Below, piece after piece: positions 50,161 through 63,428 of a stretch of DNA of 64,000 bases. The translations under genes were made by a program, and so were the position numbers. Source of the DNA: Vicugna vicugna (lineage: Eukaryota); contig MU058636.1 of the NCBI GenBank assembly GCA_013265495.1, positions 6,049,741-6,113,740 of the forward strand. The letters run 5' to 3'. The notes beneath the pieces are model-generated. The model worked only from the letters and a program-made list of their open reading frames with translations, was not told the origin of the DNA and ran no database searches. Numbering within the stretch: the stretch's first letter is position 1; every line of letters starts with the position of its first letter.

Positions 50161-53100
50161 CCTCAGAAGATCTCTTTAGGTACAGAGAGAGTGATTATGG
50201 TGAAATGGAGAATTTGTCAATCCATGGATAATTCAAGAGGGAAAAAAAATAAATTAAATTTTGGATATTAAAGAATATTTCCAAAGGGTAAAATCCTATA
50301 AATTTCAGCACATGTCAAACACATTTCAAAGATTTTAGTTAATTTATTAATTAATGAGGGAACCAGTAAGAAGTTACAACCAGTTCGAAGATGAATTCAA
50401 AGTGACACAGTTATGGTAGCAATAAATAATGCTGAAATGAATTTATAAACACTTGTAAAATTGGCTTATTGGAAAGGAAGGGGAAGGAAATCAATTGTAC
50501 TTCCACATTTTTATTTGTATCTCTGCAGATAAGAAGCACTTCCCATATCTATCACCTATTTATAACTCACAGAGATACATAATAGTACAAAGACAAGGGA
50601 AGTTGTGGAGACCCTATAGGATCAGCTTATCTGGAAGCACGTGCTTAGAAAACACCTAGTTCTTCGTTGAAGATACCTAATAATCTCTCTGGTTCATTTC
50701 TAAGTCTTTCATATATTTTTTTTCTTCTTTCATGGAGAAGAGGAAAGAAAGAGAAAGAAAACAAAAGAGAAATTTCTTGGACAGTATTGGTTCATGCCTG
50801 TTCTGGAGAAATTATTAGGAGCGAGTTTTGAACTCTCAAAATGTCCTGATTTGGAATGAAGATGTGTAGTTACCCTATCAGGAATCTCATTATTCTCTAA
50901 CTTCATTATTGTTCACTTAAGCCCACTTAAAATAGACAACAGAAGGGTTTAGTTGAGATAGAGCTGCACTGTGGAGGACTGACAACAATTCAGTTAGTAC
51001 TTTAAACCTGAGTGATTCAGGAGGCTGTGGCAGCAAGTCAACAGCGTGACTTTTGAAATGGGCAGAGCTGGAGCAGCCATAGCTGCTGGGAGGCTATCTC
51101 TTGAACGGGAACCCTGATCATCTCTCTGAGTAGCGTTAGCCAGGCTGATTCCATTGGTCGTCCAGCCTTCTCATTGTGGGTGGTCGTCACTGGCTTGGAC
51201 AACCTCACTCTCTAAAACAGTGAGGATTTTGTGTTTTCTCTTTAACACTCCGAAGCAAAAGCCCATAGGAATGTTGCGAGCGTGTCTGGAACGAGGAGTT
51301 AGGGCAGAAAAGAAATGAAATAATACAAAGTATTAGTATCTTACGGCTGTAGTGTTCTGTGTTCATTTCTCAAGCTAGACAAGCTGAATGAATCTAATTG
51401 ACTGAATTTGCTTTAGATTTTGCTTTTTAAAATACCCTGCACCCTGGCCTTCTTCTTTGTCTGTCTCTGTAGACTCTGACAGTTAGTTCTAAGAATCTCT
51501 TTATTTTCTCTCTTTTCTCTGGTTTCCATTTTGGAGGGATTGTTCAAGTTCTGTCACCTCTGCCTTCTCCTTTGTGGCGTCATGCTGGGAAGCAAGCAAC
51601 TTTATCAGGTTTCCGGAATTTTTTTTAAAAGCTCGTGAAACAGAAAGTCCTTTTCTGTAAGTCTTAGAGGATTTGCTTATTTGTTTTTTTCCTTTTCTAG
51701 CTAGGAAGTCACATTGTGAACCATAAACAGAACTCATTCCCAAAGGGATTAAGGCTAAACTTAGAACCAACTATTTATGAACTGTCTGCAAATAAAAGCA
51801 CATTCAAATCCATTCTATACACAATAGTAAGACCAAATGTAAACATAGCTACTGAAAAGTTTGCCAACCACAGCCTCTAATCAGAGTCTCCTTTATTCTG
51901 AGGGGCACATGAGGACTTGGTGGAAGCTGTCAGCTCATCATTTGGTCGCACTCCTTGCAGTGCGAGGTCAGAGGGGACTGGACTTGAGTGTTGGCCTCAA
52001 GTATCAGAGAGTTCTAACTGAGCCTCTGATTTGCATGTGGTGAGAATCCCCCTCAGAAATATTTTTGAGTCATTGGCATTTACAAAACAAGTCATTTTCC
52101 AGAGAGGGCAGACCCCTGAAGGGTGTTCTCAAAAAGAAAGGAAAACAGGCCGTGCAGCTCCAGCTCAGGCAGACCCAGCTCACCTTCTCAAGTGGGAGGG
52201 TTCATGCCACAAGCACTTCGCAAAAGACTTCTCTGAATAGTAATCTTTATAACTAACATTTGCCTTGCCCTTTATGGTTTACAAATTGCTTCCAACCCCA
52301 GATGTCATTTCAGAAGCTCTCAGCGTGGATCTTAACAATACCACCTTGGGGGCATGGGAAGGTGGCTCAGAAGATGACAACTTCCAGCTACCAGGTTCCT
52401 TACCTTTGCTCCAGTGAGCCCCGAGGGATGAGATTCTCCCGGAAAGGATTATAAATTGTGGTTGTTGTTACACTTTAGAGTGCGTCTCTTGCAGTGATTG
52501 TTTTACATACTCATTGAGTTATATATTATATTAGGACTAGTTTCAAAAAGTGAGTGTTCATAAAATTTGAAAATATTTTCAAAAATCACAGAATAGCTAG
52601 GGATCTGCACTTCATTTTGGTTTCATGTTCAAATCAGTGCTAAGATCATTCAGGCTTTCAAGCAAACAATCAGATTTATGTATATCTCTACATTCGGAAA
52701 ACAGAGTTAATTCATTTACACATTCAGTGAATGTCTAAGTTCCTAACCCGTCAATGCCGCCTATCTTTAGAATATACAAAGATGAGGAAAGACTTAGCCC
52801 TCCATCAGCTTACAATCTATTAGGTGAAATAAGATATGCATATGGATCATAATTTGAATGTCAAAAGTCTAGAAAGATGAAGAATTAGAATCTATTTCTG
52901 AATGAGGAGAGGTAGAGCAAACCTCAAAAGTAGAGTTTGAATTGGGCCTTGATGAATGGGTAGGCTTTCTAAGGATGGGTGAAGAAAGATATTCCAAGGG
53001 GAAGAAACAGCATGCAAGATGGGAAAATATGGGGTGTGGCCAGGACATTTTGAGTTATCCATTATGGCGCGAGCACAAATGATGGTAAAGAATCCCCCGA

Positions 53101-53299
53101 CGAGGCAGCATGCTTGTGTAGCTCAGTCTAGTACTTTCTGGTGCACAGCCTAAGAAGAACAATAATCTCAGATAAAATTAAAATTTAACCCTGTACCACA
53201 TATTGATATGGAATCATAGTCACATACAAAGATAAGTATTTAGCTCTAATAGTCTATAATTATGTATGTTCACAACCGACGCACACACCTATTTTTGTA

Positions 53300-53810
53300 G
53301 TTTTTATTTTCTCTTTTTTCCTTTAAAGAAATAAAAACCAGTTTTCTTATTGTAAAAGCAATGCCTTTTCTTACATCATTAAGCGAAAGAGAATGAAACA
53401 AACAACGAAAACCTACCACTCAAAACAATCATTGTTCACATTGTATGTATACAGTAGATGATAAGAAATATATATATATATATATTTTAGTATTTTATAA
53501 ACATGTTTCCTGTCCTTAAACTTTCTCTACAAGTATTTCTTTTGCTACATGATATTCAGTTATCTAGAAGTGCCATGATTTTGTAACCTGTTTCTTATTA
53601 GATATCTGGGTGGTCCGGTTTTCTCTTAAAATATAGAAAGTGTTGCAACGAACAGCTTTATAATTAAACCTTTGCAACACAAATGAGTATTTCCTTAGGA
53701 TAAATATCTAGAAGTGAAATTCCTGTTTCTGGAGTGTGTATTTGTGTGTGTGTGTGTGGTCAAATTCTATTCCAGAAAAGTTATACCTTTCTTGACTTCC
53801 ACCTGCAGTA
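53300..53810 (-). mobile_element. Old L1ME-type fragment
   Basis: gagtatttccttaggataaatatctagaagtgaaatt; caaattctattccagaaaagttatacc. Confidence 0.65.
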
Positions 53811-54924
53811 AAACTATATTACTTCTCAAAGAAAATGATTCTTAGGAAGATGGGATAGTCAGAAGCACAGTGTGATGCTGACATCTGGGGAGAGACATTA
53901 AATCACAAAGATCTATGTGTAGGAGGTCCTCCCGCTAGTCTGTCTCTCTCAGGGAACACCTCCTTTCTCCATGAATAAGCTTCAATTGCTATTCTCCGCA
54001 TCATGGATTCCTCTTCATTACCACCTCAGCCTTGAAAACACTTCTATCTCCTCCTGATACAAGCCATCTGAAAAGCTAAGCTTTGCTGCTGTTTTTCATT
54101 ATGCTGAGCCTGATCACAGAGGCATACCGTGGCAATCATGAGTTCTAACCGGGCGGTAAGAACGGGCAATTCCATTACAAACGCACACTTGCATTTCAGG
54201 TCCCTTAATCTCTGTTACTACTCCCCAAGCAGCACATGCTCCCAGCTTGGATTTTGCCAATACTTTCTTTGTCAGAGGAACGCCACAAAGCGAGTCAGAG
54301 AAGCTTCTATTGTCAGAAACCTGTTCCCTGGCACCTGAAAGCAGAGGCCGTTTGAAAACAGTGTGCAGTCACACTTGTGCCATTGGCACATACGGCCTTA
54401 CTCTAAAGAGCAGTGTTGATGCAGGTTATGGTCCCATCCAGCTCAGTGGTTTTATGTTTCCATTGCCTCCAGATGTTTAATGAGGTTCCTCTTCTGCCCA
54501 CCTCTCCTGGTTGCATTAAGGCCGCGGTTACAGTGGAAAATGCCCTGAGACCTGAAACGGCTGAAAGGCCCACTTGCTACACTGTGATTCTTTTCAAAGC
54601 ATCCATTAGCCTGGAGTCACGATTATTGAGCAAGGATCATAAATTAAATTAAATTAAATCACATGTAGGAAATGTCTGACCTGTCAGAAATATAGCCAAA
54701 TAGAAATTCCTGAACCAGAGTGATAAGGAAATCAATTCCATGGCTGTTGGTTGATTAAACCCAACTTCAAGGTATTGCCCTGCTCTCCAGCTGCCTGGTA
54801 TAGCTTTTAAAGGGAATCCCTATGCAAGATTGGCTCTAAGTGGGTAATGTGTCAAGTATTGTGAAAGTTCTTGAAACCTGTGTTAGCCTAATAATTCTTT
54901 GAGTGGGATGCTTCTTTGTGGCAG

Positions 54925-55121
54925 GTGTTGGCTGATGGAGAAAGATAGAGCCATTGGTTATGGGTGGTTACTTACTCTGGATCGAATGCATAAAACAGTG
55001 GTCCCACAACGCTTATGGGCAGGAGTGTTGGACAAAATATTTCACAATCAAGAAAGCAAAGGCACCGATCAAGCAAATGGACACTGGCTCCATCAGAAAG
55101 CGCAGCAACTGTGGAGAACTG
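54925..55121 (+). other. Candidate internal exon (197 nt), gene not recognised
   Basis: Acceptor cttctttgtggcag|G; possible donor CTG|gtactt; one frame open throughout (CWLMEKDRAIG...AQQLWRT); no repeat recognised. Confidence 0.3.
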
Positions 55122-55294
55122 GTACTTGTGCTGACACGCACGGCCTGGGGATCAGTCCTGCGTGCTGGCGAGTGTGCAGATCCAGAGCAGCACTGTTAAT
55201 GGGTGCCTGTCGCTGGGGGTGCCTGACGGAACAGAGGCTGTAACAGCAGGACGGTAGCAGTAGTTGTTGTTGTTGCGGGAGGAGTGTTCACAGC

Positions 55295-55520
55295 TACCTT
55301 TATTGAGGACTTTCTAGGCACTGGACACTACTCATAATGATTTGATTTAATCTTTCCAATAACTCTATGTAAAGTAGGTGTTATCAACCAGATTTCACGG
55401 AGGAGGTAACTGAAGCCCTTGGGATATTAAATAACTTTTCCGAATCCACTCAGATGGCCATTACCGGAGTTGGGGTCCAAAGCTCTCTCTCTCCAGGAGC
55501 CCACATTCTCTTCGCTTTGT
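55295..55520 (-). mobile_element. MIR
   Basis: tttattgaggactttctaggcac...taatctttccaataactctatg...ggaggaggtaactgaagc. Confidence 0.75.
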
Positions 55521-56217
55521 GTGTTGCATCCCCTTGGGAAGGAGCACTGGTCTTGCCACAGTCCATCAGCAGACCACCTAGTCTCTCCAGTCTCAGTATC
55601 TTTATCGTAAAATTGGGATAGTACTGTCTTCCCTAACTATCACACAGATGTTTTTGCAAGAGGAAATAAGATAGTGTAAATGAAAGTCCTAGACAGTGAG
55701 ACCCTCTCTAATAGGAGCCATGTCATCAGTCCTCATGCCTCATACCTGCTCTGCACATAGTAAATGTTAAAACGTGGTCCTTCACCTTGAGCGATTTGCA
55801 CCTTAGTTGGTGAGATAGGATTATTATTAATGTCAGAACAATAATCCAAGGTAACATATGCTAGGTTCCAAATAAGTCGTTACAGTAGTCAAGCAGGCAG
55901 CAGTGTTTCCTGGAGATCTGACCGTTGAAGAAAGCAGATTTCAGCTGGGGCTTATCTTCGGCCTCGAGGGACAGGCAGACCAAAGCTGTGGGTACGTGGG
56001 AAAAAAGGCGATGGCATTTTTATGAATTCCCAGGACCACTTTCAATTCCTGTTCTCAGAAAGCCGCAGAGCCACAGTCTCTTAATTACCATGAGACAAAA
56101 ACGTGGCCAAGAGCTCTGTATACTAATGTGCCCCTGATTTACAGTCTGATAGGTGGGTGGTAGAAGCGCCCGAAGAGAAGTGATGGGAATCAAAGGAAAT
56201 TCACAAACCCAGCTTAC

Positions 56218-56990
56218 TGATTCAACAAATATTCAGCGAGGTCCTACTCTGTGCCAGGCGCTCCTCTAGTCCTGAGCACCCAGCAGACAACAAAACAAAG
56301 TCCCTGCTCTGGTGTGCTTCTATTCTAGTGGGGAGAGAGAGAGAAAGTGAACAAATACAGATGCCAGGTGGTGATCATGGCTACAGAGGAAAAACAAACA
56401 ATGGAACGGAGTGACAGAGACAAGAGTGATAGAGGCTGGGTGATCACAAAAGGCTTTCCTGACAAGTTGACATTTGATCAGTTTGAAAGCCTTTCTGAAT
56501 GGTGTGATGTTGATCATGGAGATGCCTGAAGAAAGAGCGGTCCAAGCTTGGGATGCTGCGTGCAAAGGCCCTGCGGCAAAACTGCTTGGTCTGTTTGCTC
56601 AACAACAGGGAGGACATAGTGACTGGGGCAGAGAGTGACGGAAGCTGAGTTCAGGACAAGATCACACAGGTTAGGTACACCGCAGATGAGATGATATTAT
56701 GGGAATGAGCACACCTCACTTAGATAAAAGAATCACTGTGGCTGCTTTGTGGCCAATGGAGAGATGAGAGCGAAGATGGAAGCACAGAAATCCTTTAGCA
56801 GACTGCTGGTCATCCACAGTCACATCATGATGGTCTGTTAGTAGGGGAGGTGCAGAAAGATGGTTGGATTCTTGCAAATGTAGAGCCTTGGGATTCACAG
56901 TAAATTGAAAGTGAATTGAGGGAAAGAGAAGAGTCAAGGATGACATCAGAGTTTCAGGAATAGCCATTTGCCGAGATGGGGGATTACTGA
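56218..56990 (-). mobile_element. L2a-type 3' portion
   Basis: ttcaacaaatattc...ctactctgtgccaggc...aaagtccctgctct...tgcaaaggccctg...aagaatcactgtggctgct...gagtcaaggatgac. Confidence 0.88.
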
Positions 56991-58867
56991 GTCAGACAAT
57001 GTGAACGCTTTTATTGCTGTCGATACACATTGCCAAAGTGTTCTCAAGACAGGTCGTATCTTGGTTGTTTCTGAGACCATCCTATTTGAAAACACTTTCT
57101 CTGCTAGTTCAAATCTGGGCTTTTAAGGAGTAGCTGTGATGTTTGAACTTTTTATTTGTGGTCCTCCTGTGTCAAGGGGTGGGGAGATACATTGTTCAGA
57201 ATTATCTAGCATAAATAGTAGACACTCTTTACATTAAGGGAAATATTGAGAAATGGAGCAAGGAACAAATAAATATATATGACCTTACTCATTGAGATTT
57301 GTTATGCTCCTCCACTCAGATGATCATCTTCTACGTCCTACTCTCCTTTTTTTTTCATCCCTACCCCTCTCTCTCCTAGAACCCCCATGATTCTAGGATT
57401 TCAGGCCAAGCGTCCGTCTTTCAGAAAGACTGTCAGATGGCGAACTTCTGTTATCTTGATGAGACAGTAGGTAGAAGGGAGAGAAAAGGGCAACAGGAAC
57501 ATAAATAATAGAGAAAAGAGGACTAAAGAGTTGAGTCTGCAGACTCAGCTGGGCACAGTCTTGTCTAAGAGGAGAGAGAAGACAGAACCTTCAGAGCTGA
57601 AGTAGACCCATCTGATGGTGGGTAGCACAAAATGAACAGTAAGCACTGGAAAATAATTCCAGTCTGGTCCCCAAGAATGTGATGGAGTCCTCATTCTGGC
57701 TTTAGCCTCCGTTAGACCCAACAATAAGAGCCTCCTAGGGTATCACCAGGGCTTATGTCATCCCCAAGACACTATGACCTGTGCTGTAGTTTAGCATACA
57801 TCTTCTAGACATCTAATTTGTCTCAAACTAGACCACTAAAGTGTTAAACCTCATTATTATGGAAAAATATTAGCTCTATAGCAGCCATACTCACAATGAA
57901 GCTTTTCAAAGATTTTTAAAAAAAAAAAACTTCTCAAATCCCAGTGCAGTACTTTATACCATATCAGAATACTGAGTCTGACCCAGCCTTTTCTTCATCA
58001 TTCCCATCATCTCTGGTAATTATTTTATTTACTCATTTCCTTGTTTTTATCCATCATCCCCTTTAGAAAGTAGCCCAGGGGAGGCCAGGGACCACGTCCA
58101 TCCTATTCACATCAACTCTCCAATGCAACTCTTCATAGCACACAGTAGGCACTCAATAAAGAATTGTGGGCTGCTGGACGAATGCATTGTTTACCCAGAA
58201 ACAGAGGTTTGGGGCAAAACAGAAGACAACCTCTTAGTTATACGGGAGACTGCAATGGTATTATTTGACTATAGCATTACCTATGTAAGATTTATACCAT
58301 ACTTAACTTCCAAACTAGAGATTAAAATATGCTATAACTTTCATAATACCTTTATTTTACAGGATGTAAGCCAGCATATGAAGATGAACATTTTAAGACA
58401 TTATTTTATGAATATTTAACTGAGCAATGCTCGGTTTTTTTTCAGGGAATGCATGCAATTTGCATATGTTATTTTGTAAGTCATCTTCCAGGCCATTCCC
58501 CTCAGAAGTAAAGAGGCTTATTTAAGTCGCCATGGCTTCATCCTTTCAACGTAAAATCCAAGTGACATGTTCATTAGAATTTTGAAGTCACATTACCTGG
58601 AGGTTCTTAGTGGGAGGATCTGTCTGGGGGGATCTACATGCTCTCTGCCAACTAATCTGCATTTCTCTCCATCTTCCACTTGTTTTATTTCAAGACATTT
58701 ATTGAAAAAAGTAATGCTCTGTAATTTTATGTCTGCTTTTTTTTTAAACCAGATATCATTTTATGAGATTTTTCCCTGTGTCATTAAGTGTCTTCTAAAA
58801 CCTAGTTTTAAGTAGCAGCATATTTCATTCCTGGGATGTGCTGTAATTAAACCATTCTTCTATTGTT

Positions 58868-58904
58868 GTATGTGTGTATGTACACACACACACACACACA
58901 CACA
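58868..58904. repeat. (AC)11 microsatellite with preceding TG/TA alternation, inside old L1-like sequence
   Basis: gtatgtgtgtatgtacacacacacacacacacacaca read directly. Confidence 0.9.
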
Positions 58905-60169
58905 TTGCTGTAATGAACTTTTTTTTTTGACATATCTATTTCTTGAAGCTTTAAATTTTTTTTCAAAAAAATTTTAAGGATAATTGTTGACTACAAAATT
59001 GGGAACTTTCCTGAGCTATTTGATAGATTTGGGGCTAAACTACTTTTCAGAAATGTGAACTCCCTCTCTCACCACACCCTTACCAGTATTGACGGTTACC
59101 TAGTAGAAATTTTTGTCAGTTTAGTCAATGAAAAATCCTATTTTATTTTAATGTAAATTGCACAACAATTTACACTTCACAGATGTTAAGTCACATATTT
59201 CAAGAGGTTTGGGCTCTTTTTTGACCTACATACTATAAGCAGGAGGTCACTTCCGAGCTGCTGACCTTTACGTGGTCTTCATGTCCCATTAAGTACTGTG
59301 ATACTTAAAGCTTCAGGTCACTTTCAGTCTTAATTGTATTTTATTATTCTCCATTGTTGCACCGTTTCGGTCAGTTTAGCCAGAAAGGGTCTCTCTTCAC
59401 CTTTTCTTCATTGGCTCATTTCCAGTGATAACAATGACAGATTCCCTGAGAGGTTATATTAATTTTCTTACCATCACAATGATTATTTTTACCCAGAGAA
59501 AAGTAGGAATAAAATGTTAGGCTTAGATGAGAAAGAGTTTCTGTTGTTGACTGAAGACATATATATTCTTTTCACTACTTTAAGTGAGAAGTGCTTGGGC
59601 AGAAACTAAAGGTCAGAGATTCTCAGGTTTATCAACAGTTGTTTGCATTCCGTATCATGTCAGACCATAAATAGAAAGTAATAAAACATCAAATTTCTCT
59701 AACATTTGCTGAAGGGGTTTCTGCTGCACTATTTTAAATTAAACTAAAGACCAGTTACCCGCTGACTATTTCTTCATCACCACATGTGTTTAGGAAGAGA
59801 GATGTGTCTTCAGTGCCCAGATTTGTGGGGCCTGAGCTCTGAGAAGGATGCTTAGCATCTCCACACTCTCTCTCCTTCTATTAGAATTGACTGTTAGTCA
59901 AGTTCTGGAAAATAATTATGTTAAAATGTTGCCTCCATCAGAATTATGTGTTTTTCAATAATATGAATACTTCTCAGGTGTCCACGTGGGAACATGCTCT
60001 TCAGTAAATATTTAGCCATAGCCAACTTGACTTTTAAGCACTATCAGACATAGTATTTATTAGCCAAGGGAATAAATAAGTCTGTAATTGTTACAGTTTT
60101 TTTTTTGCGATACAAGCTTTTATCATCCCTGTAGGAGAGTCTTCTGTGACGCCACTGTGATGGTAGCTA

Positions 60170-60340
60170 CCGTCTGTTGAATGTTGAGTACATGCCAAGC
60201 ACTGTGCATAGCATACTTAACCCTTACAACAACCTTCACTTTACAAAAGAGGAACTCAATAGGTTTAGCTGTTAGACAGTGGTGGAGCAGAGATTTGAAC
60301 CCCTGTCTAACTAACTCTGAAGGCCGTGTTCTTCACCATT
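60170..60340 (-). mobile_element. MIR
   Basis: tgccaagcactgtgc...aacccttacaacaacc...gtggtggagcagagatttgaacccc. Confidence 0.8.
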
Positions 60341-60345
60341 ATTCT

Positions 60346-60838
60346 TGTGAATGAAAATATTGCCTGCCATTTCAGTAAACAAAGTATGCTTCATCCATCA
60401 AGTCATCAGCCACCACCACCACCCCAGACAATGAGCGGAGGGAACTCGGGATGGAGACAAGCAGGCAGTCTGGCCTCTGCAGCCACCCCCAAATGTGCAC
60501 CCTGAGGGAACTCAGGATGGGAAAGCACAGGATACTGGCCCTAGTGCATATCAAAGGAATGACTTCAGTGAGTTTAGACTTTTGCAACTTCCCATAGAAA
60601 AGCACTAAATTCCTTAACTTGAGATACCCTGGTTTTCTTTAATTAACAGCAACCTTTCAATGTTTCGACTACCTGGTCTTTGTTGCAAAAACTCCTATAT
60701 CCTGGCTCCTCTCCTGCCTCTTCAGAGCAGTCTCTCAGAACTCTCTGAGAGGCTGTATCCCAGGCTTAAGTCCTCAGAAATGCCCGCCAGATAGAATATA
60801 ACTCTCAACTTTCAGATTTTGCATTTTTTCCGTAGACA
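60346..60838 (+). mobile_element. ERV1 solo LTR, MER41-like (resembles bovine MER41_BT)
   Basis: tgtgaatgaaaatattgcctgccatttcagtaaacaaag...ctgagggaactcaggatg...gcatatcaaaggaatga...ctgagaggctgtatcccaggcttaagtcctcag...gaca; flanks ttct/tact. Confidence 0.85.
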
Positions 60839-61167
60839 TACTTTGAAGCTTTCAGCTGCATGATAGTCAGGGTGTCTGACAGCCTCTCCCATCCCACATG
60901 CTCTTCTGCCTGTGCCCTTGCCAATGCTCCTTAAGAGGTAGAGTATATTTCCTCTGCCCCTGATTCTGACTGAGCTGGTCCTGTGACTGTGACTAAATAA
61001 ATAAAATGTGTAAAAGTGATTCTGCATAATTTCCAAGAGTGAGCCTTAAGAGATCTCCAGCTTCTGCTTTGGTTTCTTAGAACTCCTGGAATCCAGTTGC
61101 CATAATGTAAGAAGGCCTACGTGGAGGAGAACAGATTCCCCCAACCCTAGGAAAGGAAACCAACACC

Positions 61168-62389
61168 CAGGGCCAGCCACATCATTAGCAGGGTCCAGTG
61201 CAAAATGAAAACATGGTCCCCAGCTAGGGTCAAAGTCAGTCTCTCTTTCCTTAGGCCCAACACCCTGTAGAGGAATAAAGGTTTCCTCAACCCTCTTAAG
61301 GTCCCTGGTTGGGCCTAGAAATTAAACTGATAAAGATTAACAGGAGAAAAGCATACAGACTGTATTAAATTTTTACATGTACACGGGAGACTTCACCAGA
61401 GAATGAAGACTTGGAAAAGTGACCAGAGCAGGTAGTTTTTACACCTTTTAGACAAAGAAACAATACATTTGTGAAGAATTGACAAAACAAAGGGGTTTGG
61501 GCTAGGGCAGTAAATGGTGAAGAAGTAACTAGGAAGATAAGGGTCAGTTGAACAAGATTTGTTTGTAGAGATTTCTTGGTTCCCAGTTCCCTAATTCCAG
61601 TGATAAGGATATCTTCCTTCCTCCTGGTTAGGGAGGATGTCTTTCACATGAAAGTTTTAAGGCCTGTTTCAGGGAAGAAGGATGAGGAAGAACTAGGTCA
61701 AAGTGACCTTCATAATTCTGCCATTTTAAAAAAATCTCCTTCAGTGTAAGATATTTAATATGCCAAGGTGCCATATTTTGGGGTAGCATGTCCTGAACCC
61801 CATCAGCCCCAGTGCACAGTGGATGCATAACCCCAAGGGACTGCAATCTCCATACTGGAAATGCCCAGAACTTGGACTGGCAGTGGTCAAGAGTTGTCTA
61901 CTGAACTTTCCATGGTCCTACTGTCCCAGGCGGGACTGAAACCCCCTTGTGATGCCCCAAGATATTGCATGCCCCAAGATGACGGCACTCCTGACTTTGG
62001 TCTTCCCCAAGTCTGCTTCCAGGATCCTGACAGGAACAAGGGTAGTAACATCCTAACCTCCCACTCACAGATGCAACAGGGAAGAGGGCAAAAGGGCTTA
62101 TGGGGCAGATGTTGGAAGGAAGAGACAGTGTGGAGCCCAAGGAGCCAAGGAGCCATCCCAAGGCTTCGGGGAGATGGTTAGAGGTGGGACTGCACACGAG
62201 CCAAGTCTCCGAGTCCCTGAGGCTTGCATACTTCTTTGTCCCTCCTTCTTCACATACCAGATACAAATGGAAACAAATCTTTCAAGAATTTCAAGATGGC
62301 AACCAAAGAGCATTAAAAACCAAGGGTGGAAGACTTCTGAGCAAGAGCCTTACGTGACTTCCCACGTGTGCCTGGTGAAGCCTGCCCTG
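61168..62389 (-). mobile_element. MER45B/C-like hAT-Tip100 element split by an LTR
   Basis: TIRs cagggccagc...gcctgccctg; ccagtgcaaaatgaaaa and aagaatttcaagatggc...agagcattaaa motifs; 8-bp TSD ccaacacc/ccaccacc (7/8). Confidence 0.85.
61266..61805 (-). mobile_element. MER34-like ERV1 solo LTR
   Basis: Minus strand starts tgatggggttcaggacatgctaccccaaaatatggcacc; gattaacaggagaaaagcatac motif; flanks accc/gccc. Confidence 0.85.
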
Positions 62390-63339
62390 CCACCACCAAA
62401 TGCCAGTCTCGTGAGTGAGGACACTGTGGTCCTGTGAACCATCCCAGAGCTCCAGGTGGAAAACCACTCAGTCAACCCACAAAACCATGAGAAGTAACAA
62501 ACAGTTGGTGCTTTAAGCCACTAGTTTTGAGGTGGTTTATTGCACGGTACTTGATAACCAAAGCAGCTGCTGTCATCATCCGAGACATTATGGAGTCACT
62601 GAGAAGCATAAGATATAATTTCCTCCCTCAAAAAAGCTTACAGTATAATTAGCAAGAAAAGAAGACATGAAAGAATTATGGACCAATAACAGACAACATA
62701 CAATCAAGTAAGAAGGAGAAAATTGGAAAAATTAAACATGAAGACAGTTTAAAAACAGGAGGTGGGGAAGGGTGGTTAACTTATTCAGGGAAGGATTCCT
62801 GTGTCAAAACCATGAACCAGACCCTGAAGCATGTAGCATCTGGACGCTTGACTATGGCTGACCCTGCTTGACTGTCCACTCCACTCACGGGGAGGCAGCA
62901 TGTGCACATTAAAGCACATAAAATCCAGTCCTGGATTAAGAGCCTGAGCCGCTCAGGTTCCTGTACCTCATCCCTACCTCCTCCCTCCTTTCCATCTCTT
63001 GACCCAGGCATTATTCTTGCCTCTGGCCGCCAGTCTGATACACAAATCAATTTCTGCTGGCCTCTGATCTTGTTTTAGCTTGCTGCTCAGGTTTTCTTTC
63101 CTCCACAGCTCGGAGACATTAAAACCTCTGGGACCCTCCCCTAGCTCTAGGACTCTCTCTCCTAGACATAGTACCCACTGTGAGTACACAAATTTGAAGC
63201 TTATTAGTATATAAAATCAACTTGTAGGTTTTACACAAAGCGCCATTTCCCACACTTACTCGTCCATGGAACCCTCTTTTCCCAGACCATATTTTGTTTC
63301 CTCAGATTACCGTTCAGGAAATGAGACTTTAGACTAAAT

Positions 63340-63428
63340 TTCTACAAGTTGATTTGTAGCATCTATATTTTTAGCAGTCTCCCCAGATGACTCAGATGTG
63401 CACCAAAGTTTGAGAAATACTGTTTTAG
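63340..63428. mobile_element. MER5-like hAT-Charlie end
   Basis: atctatatttttagcagtctccccagatgactcagatgtgcaccaaagtttgagaaatactg. Confidence 0.65.

Larger units (their letters stand above)
60860..62565 (+). mobile_element. MLT1G/H-like MaLR LTR split by MER45
   Basis: 5' half aagaggtagagtatatttcctctgcccctga...ctgtgactg; 3' half gtcaacccacaaaaccatgagaagtaacaaa...ttaagccactagttttgaggtggttt...gataaccaaagca. Confidence 0.8.

Noticed and set aside
54139..54162. ATG AGT TCT AAC CGG GCG|gtaaga as a coding first exon for the 54925 exon
   Set aside because: A phase-0 join reads into TAG after seven codons (VLADGER*)
54925..54960. Adhesion/secretin GPCR ECL2 exon (starts CWL)
   Set aside because: No hydrophobic transmembrane helix follows
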